64,000 nt of DNA from Escherichia coli (lineage in GTDB: Bacteria; Pseudomonadota; Gammaproteobacteria; Enterobacterales; Enterobacteriaceae): the NCBI RefSeq assembly GCF_011045215.1, contig NZ_CP049201.1; one strand, 5' to 3'. A model generated the notes under the pieces. It had not been told where the DNA came from. It did no database searches and worked only from the letters and a program-made list of their open reading frames with translations. Of the stretch, positions 23,144 to 34,436 are shown piece by piece. The translations under genes and the position numbers were made by a program. The first letter of the stretch is position 1. Each line of letters opens with the position of its first letter.

Positions 23144-24484
23144 TTATAAGAACCCGTACATCGCGGCGAAGATCCAGCCGAAGACGCACGATACGCTCAC
23201 ACCAATCAACCCCGGCAGAATAAAGCTGTGGTTGATGACGAAGCGACCGATGTGGGTGGTGCCGGAACGGTCAAACTGAATCGCTGCCAGATCGCTCGGA
23301 TAAGTCGGCAGGATGTAATAACCGTAGCAAGCCGGTGCTGAAGCCACGATGTATGCCGGATCAACGCCGATCGCTAGCGCGACCGGAACAATCGCCGCCA
23401 GCGCCGCAGCCTGAGAGTTTACAAACTTGGAAACCAGCAGCAGAACAATGGCATAGGCCCACGGATACTCTTTCACCATTTCACCCAGTACGCCCTGAAT
23501 TTCAGACATATGCGCACCGAACATGGTTTCTGCCATCCATGCGATACCGTACACCGCCACGATGGCGATCATACCGGAACGGAAGACTTCGTTTTTTGAG
23601 ATAGACGCGGGATTGGTTTTGGTCAGGATAATAATCAGCGCCCCGGTCAGCAGCATAAACATCTGAATAACCAGTACCATCGACAGCGGTTTGCCGCCGA
23701 AGGATGGACGCAGGTCCGAATCAGCACCAAGAAGTGCGACTACAGCGATTGCCCCGAGGAAAATCCACATTGCCAGCCAGTTGCTTTTCGGCAGTTTTTT
23801 ATCCAGCAGCGTCGCGGTATCACCGTAAACATACTCACGGTTTTCCGGTACGGAGATGAATTTCTGGAACTCTTCGTCTTTATCCAGATCTTTACCGCGG
23901 AACCAGCTGAAGATACCGATCGCCAGGATACCGATTAACGTCGATGGAATGGTGATTGCCAGCAGGTCGAGGAACTCAAGATGGCGACCATCAAAGGTGA
24001 CATTACCCAGCATTGCAACCAGAGACACGACCGCAACCGACACCGGACTGGCGATAATCCCCATCTGTGCACCGATAGAACTTGCCGCCATCGGACGTTC
24101 CGGACGGATGTTGTTCTTAATGGCGACGTCGTAGATGATCGGCAGAATGGTGTAAACCACATGACCCGTACCGCAAAGAATGGTCAGCGTACAGGTCACA
24201 AACGGCGCGACAATTGAGACATATTTCGGGTTGCGGCGCAGCAGCTTCTCGGCAATTTGCAGCATGACATCAAGACCGCCCGAAGCTTGCAAGGTCGCCG
24301 ATGCCGCAACCACCGCAATGATAACCAGCATGACATCAACCGGTGGTTTACCTGGCTGAAGGTGGAAGACGAAGACCAGAATGACCAGACCGATACCGCC
24401 TAATAAACCCAGCGCGATACCACCCTTTCTGGCACCATAAAACAGACATATCAGTATTATGATAAGTTGGATAGTAAATAACAT
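23144..24484 (-). CDS. dcuB: Anaerobic C4-dicarboxylate transporter DcuB
   Basis: 446-aa polytopic membrane protein [22 protein letters not shown]... Confidence 0.96.
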
Positions 24485-25054
24485 GTGTGAACCCTCGCGA
24501 TAATCCTATTTAAATTTTTGCTGAATAGATCACAGTCACGTTCTGTTTTGTATGAACTGTTTTCAGAGCCTGACTAAATATCCGTTTGGTCGTTACCGGC
24601 TTTAGCAAATACCTCACAGTGAATATTGGCTGATTAAAGCAGCGGCAAATTTATGCACTGTGATAAGCGGCTTTTTCAGAGAGAAAAACTCTCTGGCGAT
24701 GGGTTTAAAGTTTGTACTGCGCAGATGTTAATGTTTTGTTTGCTGTTATCTTATTGATATTTATCGGTCTATTTTTTGTTCTCAGGGCAGATATCATTAG
24801 GTTTATAGATTAATCTGATCTACCCATTTGTGGGTAAAAATACACATAATGCGGGTGACATAATAGTTAATTAACTTTTGTTAGCGTTTTGAAATTAAAA
24901 ACACCGTTCACCTGAAGAGATATTAATTTTTAGCGATGATGGAGGGATAATTATATTTGATCTGGCACAAGTTTTACTGATGAAGGATGTAACTTGTGCC
25001 AGGGGTATTTTGCATTACGGTAATAATTATTACTTACAGATAACCAGCGATCCG
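24485..25054. promoter_or_regulatory. Long AT-rich dcuB promoter/regulatory region
   Basis: 570-bp AT-rich non-coding region upstream of dcuB, expected to carry DcuR, FNR, CRP and NarL sites; sites not individually mapped. Confidence 0.6.
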
Positions 25055-25774
25055 TTATTGGCAATATTGTTTCAGTAGTGAGTAGTGTTCTGCCTGAATA
25101 CGGTAACGGTAAACCGGACGCCCCGTGACGCCATAATGGATACTGGTGAACAAGATGTGGCAGTTGACCAGCCAGATGAGGTATTTACGGCAGGAAACAC
25201 GCGAGATGTTAACCTCGTTAGCCAGCTCGTCGGTTGAAAACTCATAGTCCTGATGCGCGTCAATCCACTGGCACAGCGTGCGTAACGTCTGCGGCGTTAA
25301 GCCTTTTGGCAAGCGACGAGGATCCTGCTCGTTGGAGCTGCTGCCGTGGATTAACTGATCAAGCTCGGCCTGGTCATAATACTGATGTTTTTCCAGCGCC
25401 ATTTTCTTTTGCCGCCAGCCGGTGAGCGCCTCTTCAAAGCGGGAAGCCTGGAAGGGTTTGATCAGGTAATCCACGACACCGTAATGCAGCGAATCTTTAA
25501 TGGTTGCCGCATCGGCTGCGGAGGAGATGACAATCACATCACTTTTGTAACGCGCGTTATGCAGGACAGGCAGTAAATCGAGCCCGTTCTCTTTTTGCAT
25601 ATAGATATCGAGCAATATCAGGTCGATAGGCGTATCGCTATTGAAGATAATCTCTTTGGCTTTCTCCAGCGTCGAGGCTGTTCCACAGCATTGAAAGCCT
25701 GGGATTTGTGCTACGTATCGGCGATTCAGCTCCGCAACCATTGCGTCGTCATCGATAATTAATACATTGATCAT
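25055..25774 (-). CDS. dcuR: Response regulator DcuR
   Basis: 239-aa ORF MINVLIIDDDAMVAELNRRYVAQIPGFQCCG... Confidence 0.95.
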   Translation of the reverse strand: MINVLIIDDDAMVAELNRRYVAQIPGFQCCGTASTLEKAKEIIFNSDTPIDLILLDIYMQKENGLDLLPVLHNARYKSDVIVISSAADAATIKDSLHYGVVDYLIKPFQASRFEEALTGWRQKKMALEKHQYYDQAELDQLIHGSSSNEQDPRRLPKGLTPQTLRTLCQWIDAHQDYEFSTDELANEVNISRVSCRKYLIWLVNCHILFTSIHYGVTGRPVYRYRIQAEHYSLLKQYCQ

Positions 25775-27402
25775 CTGTTCGACCTCTCCCCGTCCCAGGG
25801 TATCTGGACAAAAAATTGTGTGAAAATCCCGGGTTCCGATTCCACGGCGATGCTGCCGCCGAGATTTTCTACCTGTTGTTTGACAAGTGCTAAACCGACG
25901 CCTCGCTCGCTTCCTTTTGTCGAGACACCTTTGTCAAAAATGTGATCGATTTTGTCGGGTGCGATCCCCGGTCCATCATCGTTAACTTCGCAGTGCAGCC
26001 AGCCGTGACGGTAGTGCAATGTTACGCTAATTTCGCCACCGGGTTCCGGCCCTAATGCTTCCAGCGCGTTTTCTATCAGATTTCCCAATGTGGTAATCAG
26101 CGTCGCGACCTGGTCCTCACTGCCGCTGTCTGGCAGCTGGCTTTCACTGTTTAAAATCAGCGTATGGCCTAAATCGGTCGCGCGGTTAATCTTGCTGATT
26201 AAAAAACCAGCGATAACCGGAGATTTGATCTTACCCAGCAGAGAGCCAATCTCTTCCTGATAGTTATTGGCTGTTTTGAGAATGTAATCTTCCAACTGCT
26301 TATAACTCTTCAGATGCAATAATCCGAGAATCACATGCAATTTATTCATAAATTCGTGGGATCGTTCACGAAGTGCGTCAGCATAGTTGACCAGACCATC
26401 GAGTCGCTGCATCAGTTTACGTACTTCAGTTTTGTCCCTGAAGGTTGAAATGGCACCGATGATAACGCCATTACTGCGCACCGGAACGGTGTTGATCAGT
26501 AATAGCCGATCTTTAATCGTAATCTCTTCGTCGCGGCGCGGGGTACCGTCGCGTAACACTTCCGAGACATCTACCACCTGTGACCACGAGTGGCTGAGCG
26601 TCGACAGTTTCTCATCGTCCTGCGACTTACGGTAATTCAGCAATTCTTGTGCGGCATCGTTGATCAGCGTGACCTCGCCGCGATCGTCCACGGCAACGAC
26701 GCCTTCTTTGATAGACTGCAACATGGCCTGGCGTTGCTCAAACAGCGTGGAGATTTCGTAGGGTTCCAGGCCGAAAAGGATTTTTTTCAGTACTTTAACC
26801 AGAATGCAGGTGCCAATCAGTCCGACCAGCATGCCAAATAATACTGACCAGATAATGCTCCAGCGACTGTCATTGATCTGTTGGGTCACGCGGCTTAACT
26901 CAAGGCCGATCGCCACCACGCCAATTTGTTTATGATTTTCATCATAGATGGGGGTAAATACGCGTAAAGCCTGCGCCAGAAAACCGCGATTGATAGCGAC
27001 ATTTTCTTCGCCCTTCAGCGCTTTAAGGATGTCATCACCTTTAAATGGCTGACCAATACGCTGGGCTTCAGGATGCGAGTAGCGAAGACTTTGCATATCG
27101 GTAACGACAATAAACAGCAGATCGTTGCGTTTGCGCACGGCTTCCGCGATGGCCTGGATGCCGCTCTCCTGCGGTTTTTTCTGCAAGCCCTGACGGATTT
27201 CCGGCGAGTCGGCGAGAGTACGCGCCACTGCCAGTGCCTTGTTGGCTAGCCCGTCTCGCGTCATATCACTGATTTGCGAGAAGTAAATCAGATGCACCAC
27301 CAATAGCACCGAGAACAGTACCGCGCTGACCATTAAGATCACTGTGGTACTCAATTTCATCGGACGTTTGCGTAACATGCGGTAGGGCAATGAATGTCTC
27401 AT
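25771..27402 (-). CDS. dcuS: C4-dicarboxylate sensor histidine kinase DcuS
   Basis: 543-aa ORF with two TM segments, PAS domains and kinase core; overlaps dcuR start. Confidence 0.95.
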   Translation of the reverse strand: MRHSLPYRMLRKRPMKLSTTVILMVSAVLFSVLLVVHLIYFSQISDMTRDGLANKALAVARTLADSPEIRQGLQKKPQESGIQAIAEAVRKRNDLLFIVVTDMQSLRYSHPEAQRIGQPFKGDDILKALKGEENVAINRGFLAQALRVFTPIYDENHKQIGVVAIGLELSRVTQQINDSRWSIIWSVLFGMLVGLIGTCILVKVLKKILFGLEPYEISTLFEQRQAMLQSIKEGVVAVDDRGEVTLINDAAQELLNYRKSQDDEKLSTLSHSWSQVVDVSEVLRDGTPRRDEEITIKDRLLLINTVPVRSNGVIIGAISTFRDKTEVRKLMQRLDGLVNYADALRERSHEFMNKLHVILGLLHLKSYKQLEDYILKTANNYQEEIGSLLGKIKSPVIAGFLISKINRATDLGHTLILNSESQLPDSGSEDQVATLITTLGNLIENALEALGPEPGGEISVTLHYRHGWLHCEVNDDGPGIAPDKIDHIFDKGVSTKGSERGVGLALVKQQVENLGGSIAVESEPGIFTQFFVQIPWDGERSNR

Positions 27403-27582
27403 CAGCTTCCTTGTGTGACAAATTTCTTAAGCATTATCTCTGATGAGGCGGGTAATTCAAAGGGAGTAAGAATGATTGGCTATATAGGGGAAGAGACTCT
27501 GGCAACGGAAACTGCCAGTGCTGTATGAAGATTCCAGGGCTATGCTTATAGTGAAAACCATACTGATGAGAGAGGGAAGGTC

Positions 27583-27813
27583 ATGGATCAGGCGCTACTG
27601 GACGGGGGTTATCGCTGTTATACCGGCGAAAAGATCGATGTCTATTTCAACACTGCGATATGTCCGCATTCTGGCAATTGCGTACGTGGCAACGGCAAGT
27701 TATTTAATCTCAAACGAAAGCCGTGGATCATGCCGGATGAAGTCGACGTTGCCACTGTGGTTAAAGTGATTGATACGTGCCCGAGCGGCGCGCTGAAATA
27801 CCGTCATAAATAA
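27583..27813 (+). CDS. yjdI: YjdI, small cysteine-rich protein
   Basis: 76-aa [41 protein letters not shown]... Confidence 0.85.
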   Translation: MDQALLDGGYRCYTGEKIDVYFNTAICPHSGNCVRGNGKLFNLKRKPWIMPDEVDVATVVKVIDTCPSGALKYRHK

Positions 27814-27824
27814 GCGAGGGTAAA

Positions 27825-28097
27825 ATGGAAATACGCGAAGGCCACAATAAATTTTACATTAATGATGAACAGGGCAAGCAAATCGCTGAAATTGTCTTTG
27901 TGCCGACCGGAGAGAATTTAGCAATTATCGAACATACCGATGTCGATGAAAGCCTGAAAGGGCAAGGGATTGGTAAACAGCTGGTTGCGAAAGTCGTGGA
28001 AAAAATGCGTCGGGAAAAACGAAAAATTATCCCATTATGTCCATTTGCGAAACACGAATTTGATAAAACGCGGGAGTATGATGATATTCGCAGTTGA
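27825..28097 (+). CDS. yjdJ: YjdJ, GNAT-like acetyltransferase
   Basis: 90-aa ORF with GNAT motif [15 protein letters not shown]. Confidence 0.85.
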   Translation: MEIREGHNKFYINDEQGKQIAEIVFVPTGENLAIIEHTDVDESLKGQGIGKQLVAKVVEKMRREKRKIIPLCPFAKHEFDKTREYDDIRS

Positions 28098-28323
28098 TGG
28101 GAGAGTACAGATTCACGATATTTTTCATGCTCTCCACGGTGTGATGCAGGAGAGCATCTGAAGGGTAGGGGGATGCACAAAGAATGGGCAGAGAGCGCGT
28201 TTTTTTGTCCCAAGTCATCCCCTTTACTGAGCAAAAAAAAGAATATCTCCTATATGAGAATCATCAATCGGGGTTAATAAGTTTTGCGTCCCCAGAGTGT
28301 TCAATATTGATAGGAGTCATATT

Positions 28324-28620
28324 ATGGAAGGTAAAAACAAGTTCAATACTTATGTTGTTTCTTTTGATTATCCATCATCTTATTCCTCAGTGTTCTTAAG
28401 GTTAAGATCATTGATGTATGATATGAATTTCTCTTCTATCGTGGCTGATGAATATGGGATACCACGACAATTGAATGAAAACTCCTTCGCAATAACGACA
28501 TCGTTAGCCGCAAGTGAAATCGAAGATTTAATCAGGCTTAAATGCTTAGACTTACCGGATATTGACTTTGACCTCAACATTATGACAGTTGATGACTATT
28601 TCCGTCAGTTTTACAAGTAG
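28324..28620 (+). CDS. ghoS: Type V antitoxin GhoS (endoribonuclease that cleaves ghoT mRNA)
   Basis: 98-aa protein from MEGKNKFNTYVVSFDYPSSY...; the track ORF starts 9 codons upstream. Confidence 0.85.
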   Translation: MEGKNKFNTYVVSFDYPSSYSSVFLRLRSLMYDMNFSSIVADEYGIPRQLNENSFAITTSLAASEIEDLIRLKCLDLPDIDFDLNIMTVDDYFRQFYK

Positions 28621-28647
28621 CCAGGAAGGATAAGAAGAACATAAAAA

Positions 28648-28821
28648 ATGGCACTATTCTCTAAAATATTAATTTTTTATGTGATTGGTGTGAACATATC
28701 CTTTGTCATTATCTGGTTTATCTCACATGAGAAAACACATATTCGTTTACTTAGTGCATTCCTGGTCGGAATAACCTGGCCAATGAGTCTGCCTGTGGCA
28801 TTACTTTTTTCTCTCTTTTAG
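28648..28821 (+). CDS. ghoT: Small membrane toxin GhoT (57 aa)
   Basis: ATG 28648 to TAG 28819-28821 encodes MALFSKILIFYVIGVNISFVIIWFISHEKTHIRLLSAFLVGITWPMSLPVALLFSLF; below ORF-track cut-off. Confidence 0.85.
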   Translation: MALFSKILIFYVIGVNISFVIIWFISHEKTHIRLLSAFLVGITWPMSLPVALLFSLF

Positions 28822-28939
28822 GAGCTGTAGTTGAGTGGACCCGCTGGTTATCGTGAAACGAAGCGTCTCTCCTCAAAACTGGATTTGCGGAACGATGAAC
28901 GAAGCAGTCGCCTGACTGCTTCGTTCACTAAAGTGAAAT

Positions 28940-30457
28940 TTATTTCTGTGGGCGCATCGCCGGGAAGAGAATAACGTCGCGAATAGTATGACTGTTTGTA
29001 AACAGCATAATCATTCGGTCGATACCAATACCCAGACCAGCGGTTGGCGGCAGACCATATTCCAGCGCAGTCACGTAATCTTCGTCATAGAACATGGCTT
29101 CGTCGTCACCTGCAGCTTTAGCGTTAACCTGTTCCTGGAAACGTTCAGCCTGATCTTCTGCGTCGTTTAATTCGCTAAAACCATTACCGATTTCACGACC
29201 ACCGATGAAGAATTCAAAACGGTCGGTGATTTCCGGGTTAACATCATTACGGCGTGCCAGCGGTGACACTTCTGCCGGATATTCCGTAATAAAGGTTGGC
29301 TGAATCAGATGTGCTTCTGCCACTTCATCAAAGATCTCCGTGACAATACGTCCCAGCCCCCAGCTTTTCTCTACCGTAATACCGATAGATTCAGCTAATG
29401 CTTTAGCAGCATCAAAATTATCCAGGTCGGCCATATCGGTTTCTGGACGATATTTTTTGATTGCTTCGCGCATGGTGAGTTTTTCAAACGGTTTGCCGAA
29501 ATCAAACACATGCTCGCCATAAGTGACTTTAGTGGTACCCAGAACCTCTTGTGCCAGGGTGCGGAACAGTGACTCTGTCAGTTCAATCAAATCGTGGTAA
29601 TCCGCATACGCCATGTAGAGTTCCATCATTGTGAACTCAGGATTATGGCGAACAGAAATACCTTCATTACGGAAGTTACGGTTGATTTCGAATACCCGTT
29701 CAAAACCGCCTACAACCAGACGTTTCAGATACAGCTCCGGCGCGATACGCAGATACATATCTAAATCCAGAGCATTATGATGGGTAATAAACGGGCGAGC
29801 AGATGCCCCACCTGGAATTACCTGCATCATCGGGGTTTCTACTTCCATAAAGCCGCGCGCGACCATGAACTGACGGATAGCGGCCAGAATTTTTGAACGG
29901 ACAACAAACGTTTGACGGGATTTATCGTTAGCGATGAGGTCCAGATAACGTTGACGATAACGGACTTCCTGATCCTGCAGACCATGGAATTTATCTGGTA
30001 AAGGACGTAGTGCTTTTGTCAGCAGGCGCAGCTCAGTACAGTGAATGGAAAGCTCACCCGTTTGCGTCTTAAACAGCGTACCGCGGGCACCGATAATGTC
30101 ACCCAGATCCCATTTTTTAAACTGATCGTTATAAACACCTTCTGGCAGGCTATCTCGTGCGACGTACAGTTGAATACGGCCACCGACATCCTGCAACGTT
30201 ACAAAGGAGGCTTTCCCCATGATACGACGGGTCATCATTCGGCCAGCAACCGAGACTTCAATGTTTAAGGATTCCAGTTCCTGGTTATCCTTCGCATCAA
30301 ACTCTTCGTGCAACTGGTCAGAGGTATGGTCGCGGCGAAAATCATTGGGAAACGCCACACCTTGCTGACGTAGTGCCGCCAGTTTTTCGCGGCGATTTCT
30401 CAGTTCATCGTTAAAATCAATAGCCTCATTGGCTCCCCGTGTTTCTTGTTCAGACAT
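28940..30457 (-). CDS. lysU: Lysine--tRNA ligase, heat-inducible (LysU)
   Basis: 505-aa class II aaRS starting [15 protein letters not shown]; located beside the cad locus as lysU is (lysS is elsewhere). Confidence 0.93.
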
Positions 30458-30693
30458 TTTGGTTCCTCTAAATCCAGCTTTCAATTTAGCGTAGATAAAG
30501 AGACAGATCGGTACACTGTATTATCTGCCTCGACTATTAGTAACTCAGTTTATCTTATCGAAACTAACGCTTACCTCAAGTTGATATCACTAATAAATAA
30601 CCATCAAAATGGTTTAAATGACTTATTAATATCGATTTGCTAGTGTTATAAACTGAAAGTTAATTTATTCATAACTAATTGTTTTTACGACAG

Positions 30694-32151
30694 TTAATCG
30701 TTGCTCTCCTGTACCATATTCGTCGGCGTGCTAAACAGAAAACGGGTAGCAAAGGCCAATACGACGATGATCGCGACACAAGCCAACGTCCACTCTCCCA
30801 TCTGAGAAAAGAATCGCTGGTAAGCTGCAATTGCCATACCGCTAATTTGCGACTCTGTCGTCTGCTGTGCCACTACGCCTGCCAGCCAGTTGGCGACCGC
30901 GCCTGTTGCCAGCATATAAATCCCGGTTAATACGCCAGACATTTTCAGACGCGTGATTTGCGCAATCGCCACCGGGTCAATAAAGAGTTCGGCAAAGCCC
31001 ATTAGCGCCAGCCCGGATACCATCACGCCCATTGACGCTTGACCGTCAGCCGCTGCATGTCGGGCATCAAATGCCAGCAACATAAAGCCACAAGCCATCA
31101 GCAGTAAGCCAAAGGCAAACTTCAGCCAGACGCGCAATGTTGAGTTGCCGTGGCTTTCTGGCGACGCCAGCCAGGCCAGAACAACCCCAGCGAGCATCAC
31201 CGCAATTGCATTCACCGACTGGAATAGTGCAGTAGGTACTTCAATATTGAATGCCTGACGATTCACAAAGCGATCGATAAACAGACTGATGGTACTGCCG
31301 CCCTGTTGTGCCAGTACCCAGAACAATGTCCCGACAAACATCAACAATACAATTTGCCAAAGAGCACGGCGGTGTTCGGGGAATTTGATCATCATGCGGG
31401 CAATGATTTGTGCGGCAATGAGGCAAACGATCGCCAGCAAATATCCGGACCAGTCGTTCTCCAGCAGCAGGGTAAAAAATACTGGGGCTAAACAGAGCAT
31501 CACCACTAACCAGCTCCATACTGGTAAGGCAAATTTCACGCTAGTGAGCGCTTTTTTATCCATACTACGCGTGGACTGGAAATGACGATGACCGCTTAAG
31601 AAAATCAACAAACCGATAAACATGCCGCCACCCGCAAGGGCAAAGCCAACATGCCATCCATACCACTGAGCAGCCAGGCCGCAGGCGATGGGGGCTGCGA
31701 TAGAACCGATATTGCCCGCAGCATACAGCAGCGAAAAACCGCCATCACGTCGATGATCGTTCTCGTCGTAGAGCTCGCCAAGCAAACAGCTGATGTTTGA
31801 TTTGAATAAACCGTAGCCACAAATAATGATTGCCAGCGCCAGATACAGGCTAAAGGTTGAATTTGTATCAATGCCCAGCACCACATGGCCAAGGGTCATT
31901 AACAGCGCGCCGGCAATCACTGCAGTGCGGTTGCCGAGCAGGCGGTCGGCAAGCCAGCCGCCGAGAATAGGGGTAACGTAAACCAGAGAAGCATATGCGC
32001 TGAACAGGCTGATGGCATGGTTATCATCAAAACCAAGCTGATGGGTGAGATAGAGAATGAGTAAGGCACGCATGCCGTAAAAACTGAAGTACTCCCAGAT
32101 TTGGATCGCCACGATATAGTATATCGCGCGCGGCTGTGAGGGTGTTTTCAT
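30694..32151 (-). CDS. dtpC: Dipeptide/tripeptide permease DtpC (YjdL), POT family
   Basis: 485-aa [38 protein letters not shown]... Confidence 0.94.
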   Translation of the reverse strand: MKTPSQPRAIYYIVAIQIWEYFSFYGMRALLILYLTHQLGFDDNHAISLFSAYASLVYVTPILGGWLADRLLGNRTAVIAGALLMTLGHVVLGIDTNSTFSLYLALAIIICGYGLFKSNISCLLGELYDENDHRRDGGFSLLYAAGNIGSIAAPIACGLAAQWYGWHVGFALAGGGMFIGLLIFLSGHRHFQSTRSMDKKALTSVKFALPVWSWLVVMLCLAPVFFTLLLENDWSGYLLAIVCLIAAQIIARMMIKFPEHRRALWQIVLLMFVGTLFWVLAQQGGSTISLFIDRFVNRQAFNIEVPTALFQSVNAIAVMLAGVVLAWLASPESHGNSTLRVWLKFAFGLLLMACGFMLLAFDARHAAADGQASMGVMVSGLALMGFAELFIDPVAIAQITRLKMSGVLTGIYMLATGAVANWLAGVVAQQTTESQISGMAIAAYQRFFSQMGEWTLACVAIIVVLAFATRFLFSTPTNMVQESND

Positions 32152-32209
32152 GTGTTCTCCTTATGAGCAAAAAAGGGAAGTGGCAAGCCACTTCCCTTGT
32201 ACGAGCTAA

Positions 32210-34357
32210 TTATTTTTTGCTTTCTTCTTTCAATACCTTAACGGTATAGCGGCCATCAGCCTGACGGTATGCACCGTGAATATCGGTTTCAAAGCCCGGA
32301 TAGTGAGCGCCGATTTCACACAGCATCTGCAGGAACTCCAGAACCGGACGGCTTTCTTCGGTGATCATTTCACCCGGCATTACCAGAGGAACTCCCGGCG
32401 GATATGGAAGGATCATATTGGCGTTAATACGACCTACCATTTCGTCGAGGTAAACTTCTTCGATCATACCGTGCAGCTCTTTCTGGAACGCAGCATACGG
32501 AGTCATTACCATTGTCGGCAGCACTTCAAATGCGCGATACATCAGATCCGGCAGATTGTGGTGAACAATCCGTTTGTGGATATTCTGAGCCAGTTCCTGA
32601 ATACGCATGTTTTCATAGAATTCAGGATCTTCACGATACAGAGACGGCAGCATGTTTTTCACACGCAGGTTCAGGTCGAACGCACGTTTGAAGTCAGTCA
32701 GAGCACGCAGCAGGCTCAGTGCTTTGGTCTTATCGATACCGATGCTGAACAGGAACAGCAGGTTATACGGACCGGTTTTCTCAACAACGATGCCATGTTC
32801 GTCGAGGTATTTCGCCACGATGCTGGCCGGAATACCAAAGTCGCTCATGGTGCCGTCTTTTTCCATCCCCGGAGTCAGCAGGGTGACTTTGATCGGGTCA
32901 AGATACATGTGCTCGTTATCGATGTTTTTGAAGCCGTGCCAGGTGCTGTCAGAACGCAGCGGCCAGCATTCAGTCGTATCGATATGATCCGGCTGCCAAA
33001 CATCAAAGAACCAGCCATCAGATTCCGTTCTCAGACGTTTGATCTCTTTACGGAATTTGATCGCACGTTCAATGGAACCGTTGATCAGACGCTTACCAGC
33101 ATTACCTTTCATCATCGCCGCAGCGGTTTCAGTGGACGCCACGATACCGTAGTGTGGAGAAGTGGTGGTGTGCATCATGTAGGCTTCGTTAAAGGTTTCT
33201 TCGTTTACGTCACCTTTAACGTGGATCATGGAAGCCTGAGAGAACGCCGCCAGCAGTTTGTGAGTAGACTGGGTTTCGTAAATCACTTTCCCTTCTACAC
33301 GGCCACCGCTCATACCGCATTTACCTTCGTAAATCGGTGAGAAGTTGGTGTAAGGCACCCACGCGGAGTCAAAGTGGATGGATTTCACATCCAGTGTTTT
33401 CTTGATGAAGTCGGTGTTGTACAGCAGACCATCATAGGTAGAGTTAGTAATTACAGCATGTACCGGCCAGGTTGCGTTTGGTGTTTCCTTCACGCGCTTA
33501 GCAATGGTAGCGTGCTGGAATTCACTCTGTGGGATACCACCAAGAATACCGTAAGCGTTACGGGTCGGGCGGAAATAGATTGGCGTAACATCGCTCATCA
33601 TCATCAGGTGGGTCAGCGATTTGTGGCAGTTACGGTCAATCAGAATGGTGCTGCCTGCTGGAGCAGAGTACATACCAACAATTTTGTTCGCAGTGGAAGT
33701 ACCGTTGGTCACCATGTAGCTGCGGTCTGCGTTAAAGACGCGAGCGATATACTGTTCTGCTTCTTTGTGTGGACCACTGTGATCCAGCAGAGAACCCAGT
33801 TCAGATACTGAAATGGAAATATCAGATTTCATGGTATTCGGACCAAAGAAATCATAGAACAGGCTACCTACCGGGCTTTTCTGGAATGCAGTACCGCCCA
33901 TGTGACCAGGAGTACAGAAAGTATATTTACCTTCACGAACATATTTAAACAGTGCTTTAGTCAGCGGAGGCAGAATAGTGTTGATATATTCGTCAGTGGT
34001 CTGCTTGATCTTGTTAGCAATATCTTCAGCAGCACCTAGCGCATATTCAAAGAAGCTAATCTGTAAACGCAGGTCATTCAGGCTTACATCGAGAGTGGAA
34101 TACGTATTAGCGAACGCGTACAACGGCAGGTTCTCGTTCATTTTGCTAATTTCTTCGCACAGCTCGAGATTATATTTATCCCAGTCAAAAATAACGCCGC
34201 ACAGACGCGCATTGTTTTCGATCAGTTTTAATAAGTCGTCACGGTCGTTCGGGTAAACAATCTGGAAGTTCAGACGTTCAAGCGCGCGATGAAGTTCACG
34301 GATGGGTTCTTCTTTAAAATAAACCCCCATGTGATTCAATATTGCAATAACGTTCAT
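32210..34357 (-). CDS. cadA: Inducible lysine decarboxylase CadA
   Basis: Start trimmed to MNVIAILNHMGVYFKEEPIRELHRALERLNF (715 aa). Confidence 0.96.
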   Translation of the reverse strand: MNVIAILNHMGVYFKEEPIRELHRALERLNFQIVYPNDRDDLLKLIENNARLCGVIFDWDKYNLELCEEISKMNENLPLYAFANTYSTLDVSLNDLRLQISFFEYALGAAEDIANKIKQTTDEYINTILPPLTKALFKYVREGKYTFCTPGHMGGTAFQKSPVGSLFYDFFGPNTMKSDISISVSELGSLLDHSGPHKEAEQYIARVFNADRSYMVTNGTSTANKIVGMYSAPAGSTILIDRNCHKSLTHLMMMSDVTPIYFRPTRNAYGILGGIPQSEFQHATIAKRVKETPNATWPVHAVITNSTYDGLLYNTDFIKKTLDVKSIHFDSAWVPYTNFSPIYEGKCGMSGGRVEGKVIYETQSTHKLLAAFSQASMIHVKGDVNEETFNEAYMMHTTTSPHYGIVASTETAAAMMKGNAGKRLINGSIERAIKFRKEIKRLRTESDGWFFDVWQPDHIDTTECWPLRSDSTWHGFKNIDNEHMYLDPIKVTLLTPGMEKDGTMSDFGIPASIVAKYLDEHGIVVEKTGPYNLLFLFSIGIDKTKALSLLRALTDFKRAFDLNLRVKNMLPSLYREDPEFYENMRIQELAQNIHKRIVHHNLPDLMYRAFEVLPTMVMTPYAAFQKELHGMIEEVYLDEMVGRINANMILPYPPGVPLVMPGEMITEESRPVLEFLQMLCEIGAHYPGFETDIHGAYRQADGRYTVKVLKEESKK

Positions 34358-34436
34358 AGTCATATCTCCAGGTAAAAAAGGCCCCTCCCAACACATGGGA
34401 CAAAATGAAAGGAGGAGCCTCGGAAAATACTTTTAA

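Noticed and set aside
32276-33340. 354-aa plus-strand ORF
   Set aside because: Antisense shadow ORF lying entirely within cadA
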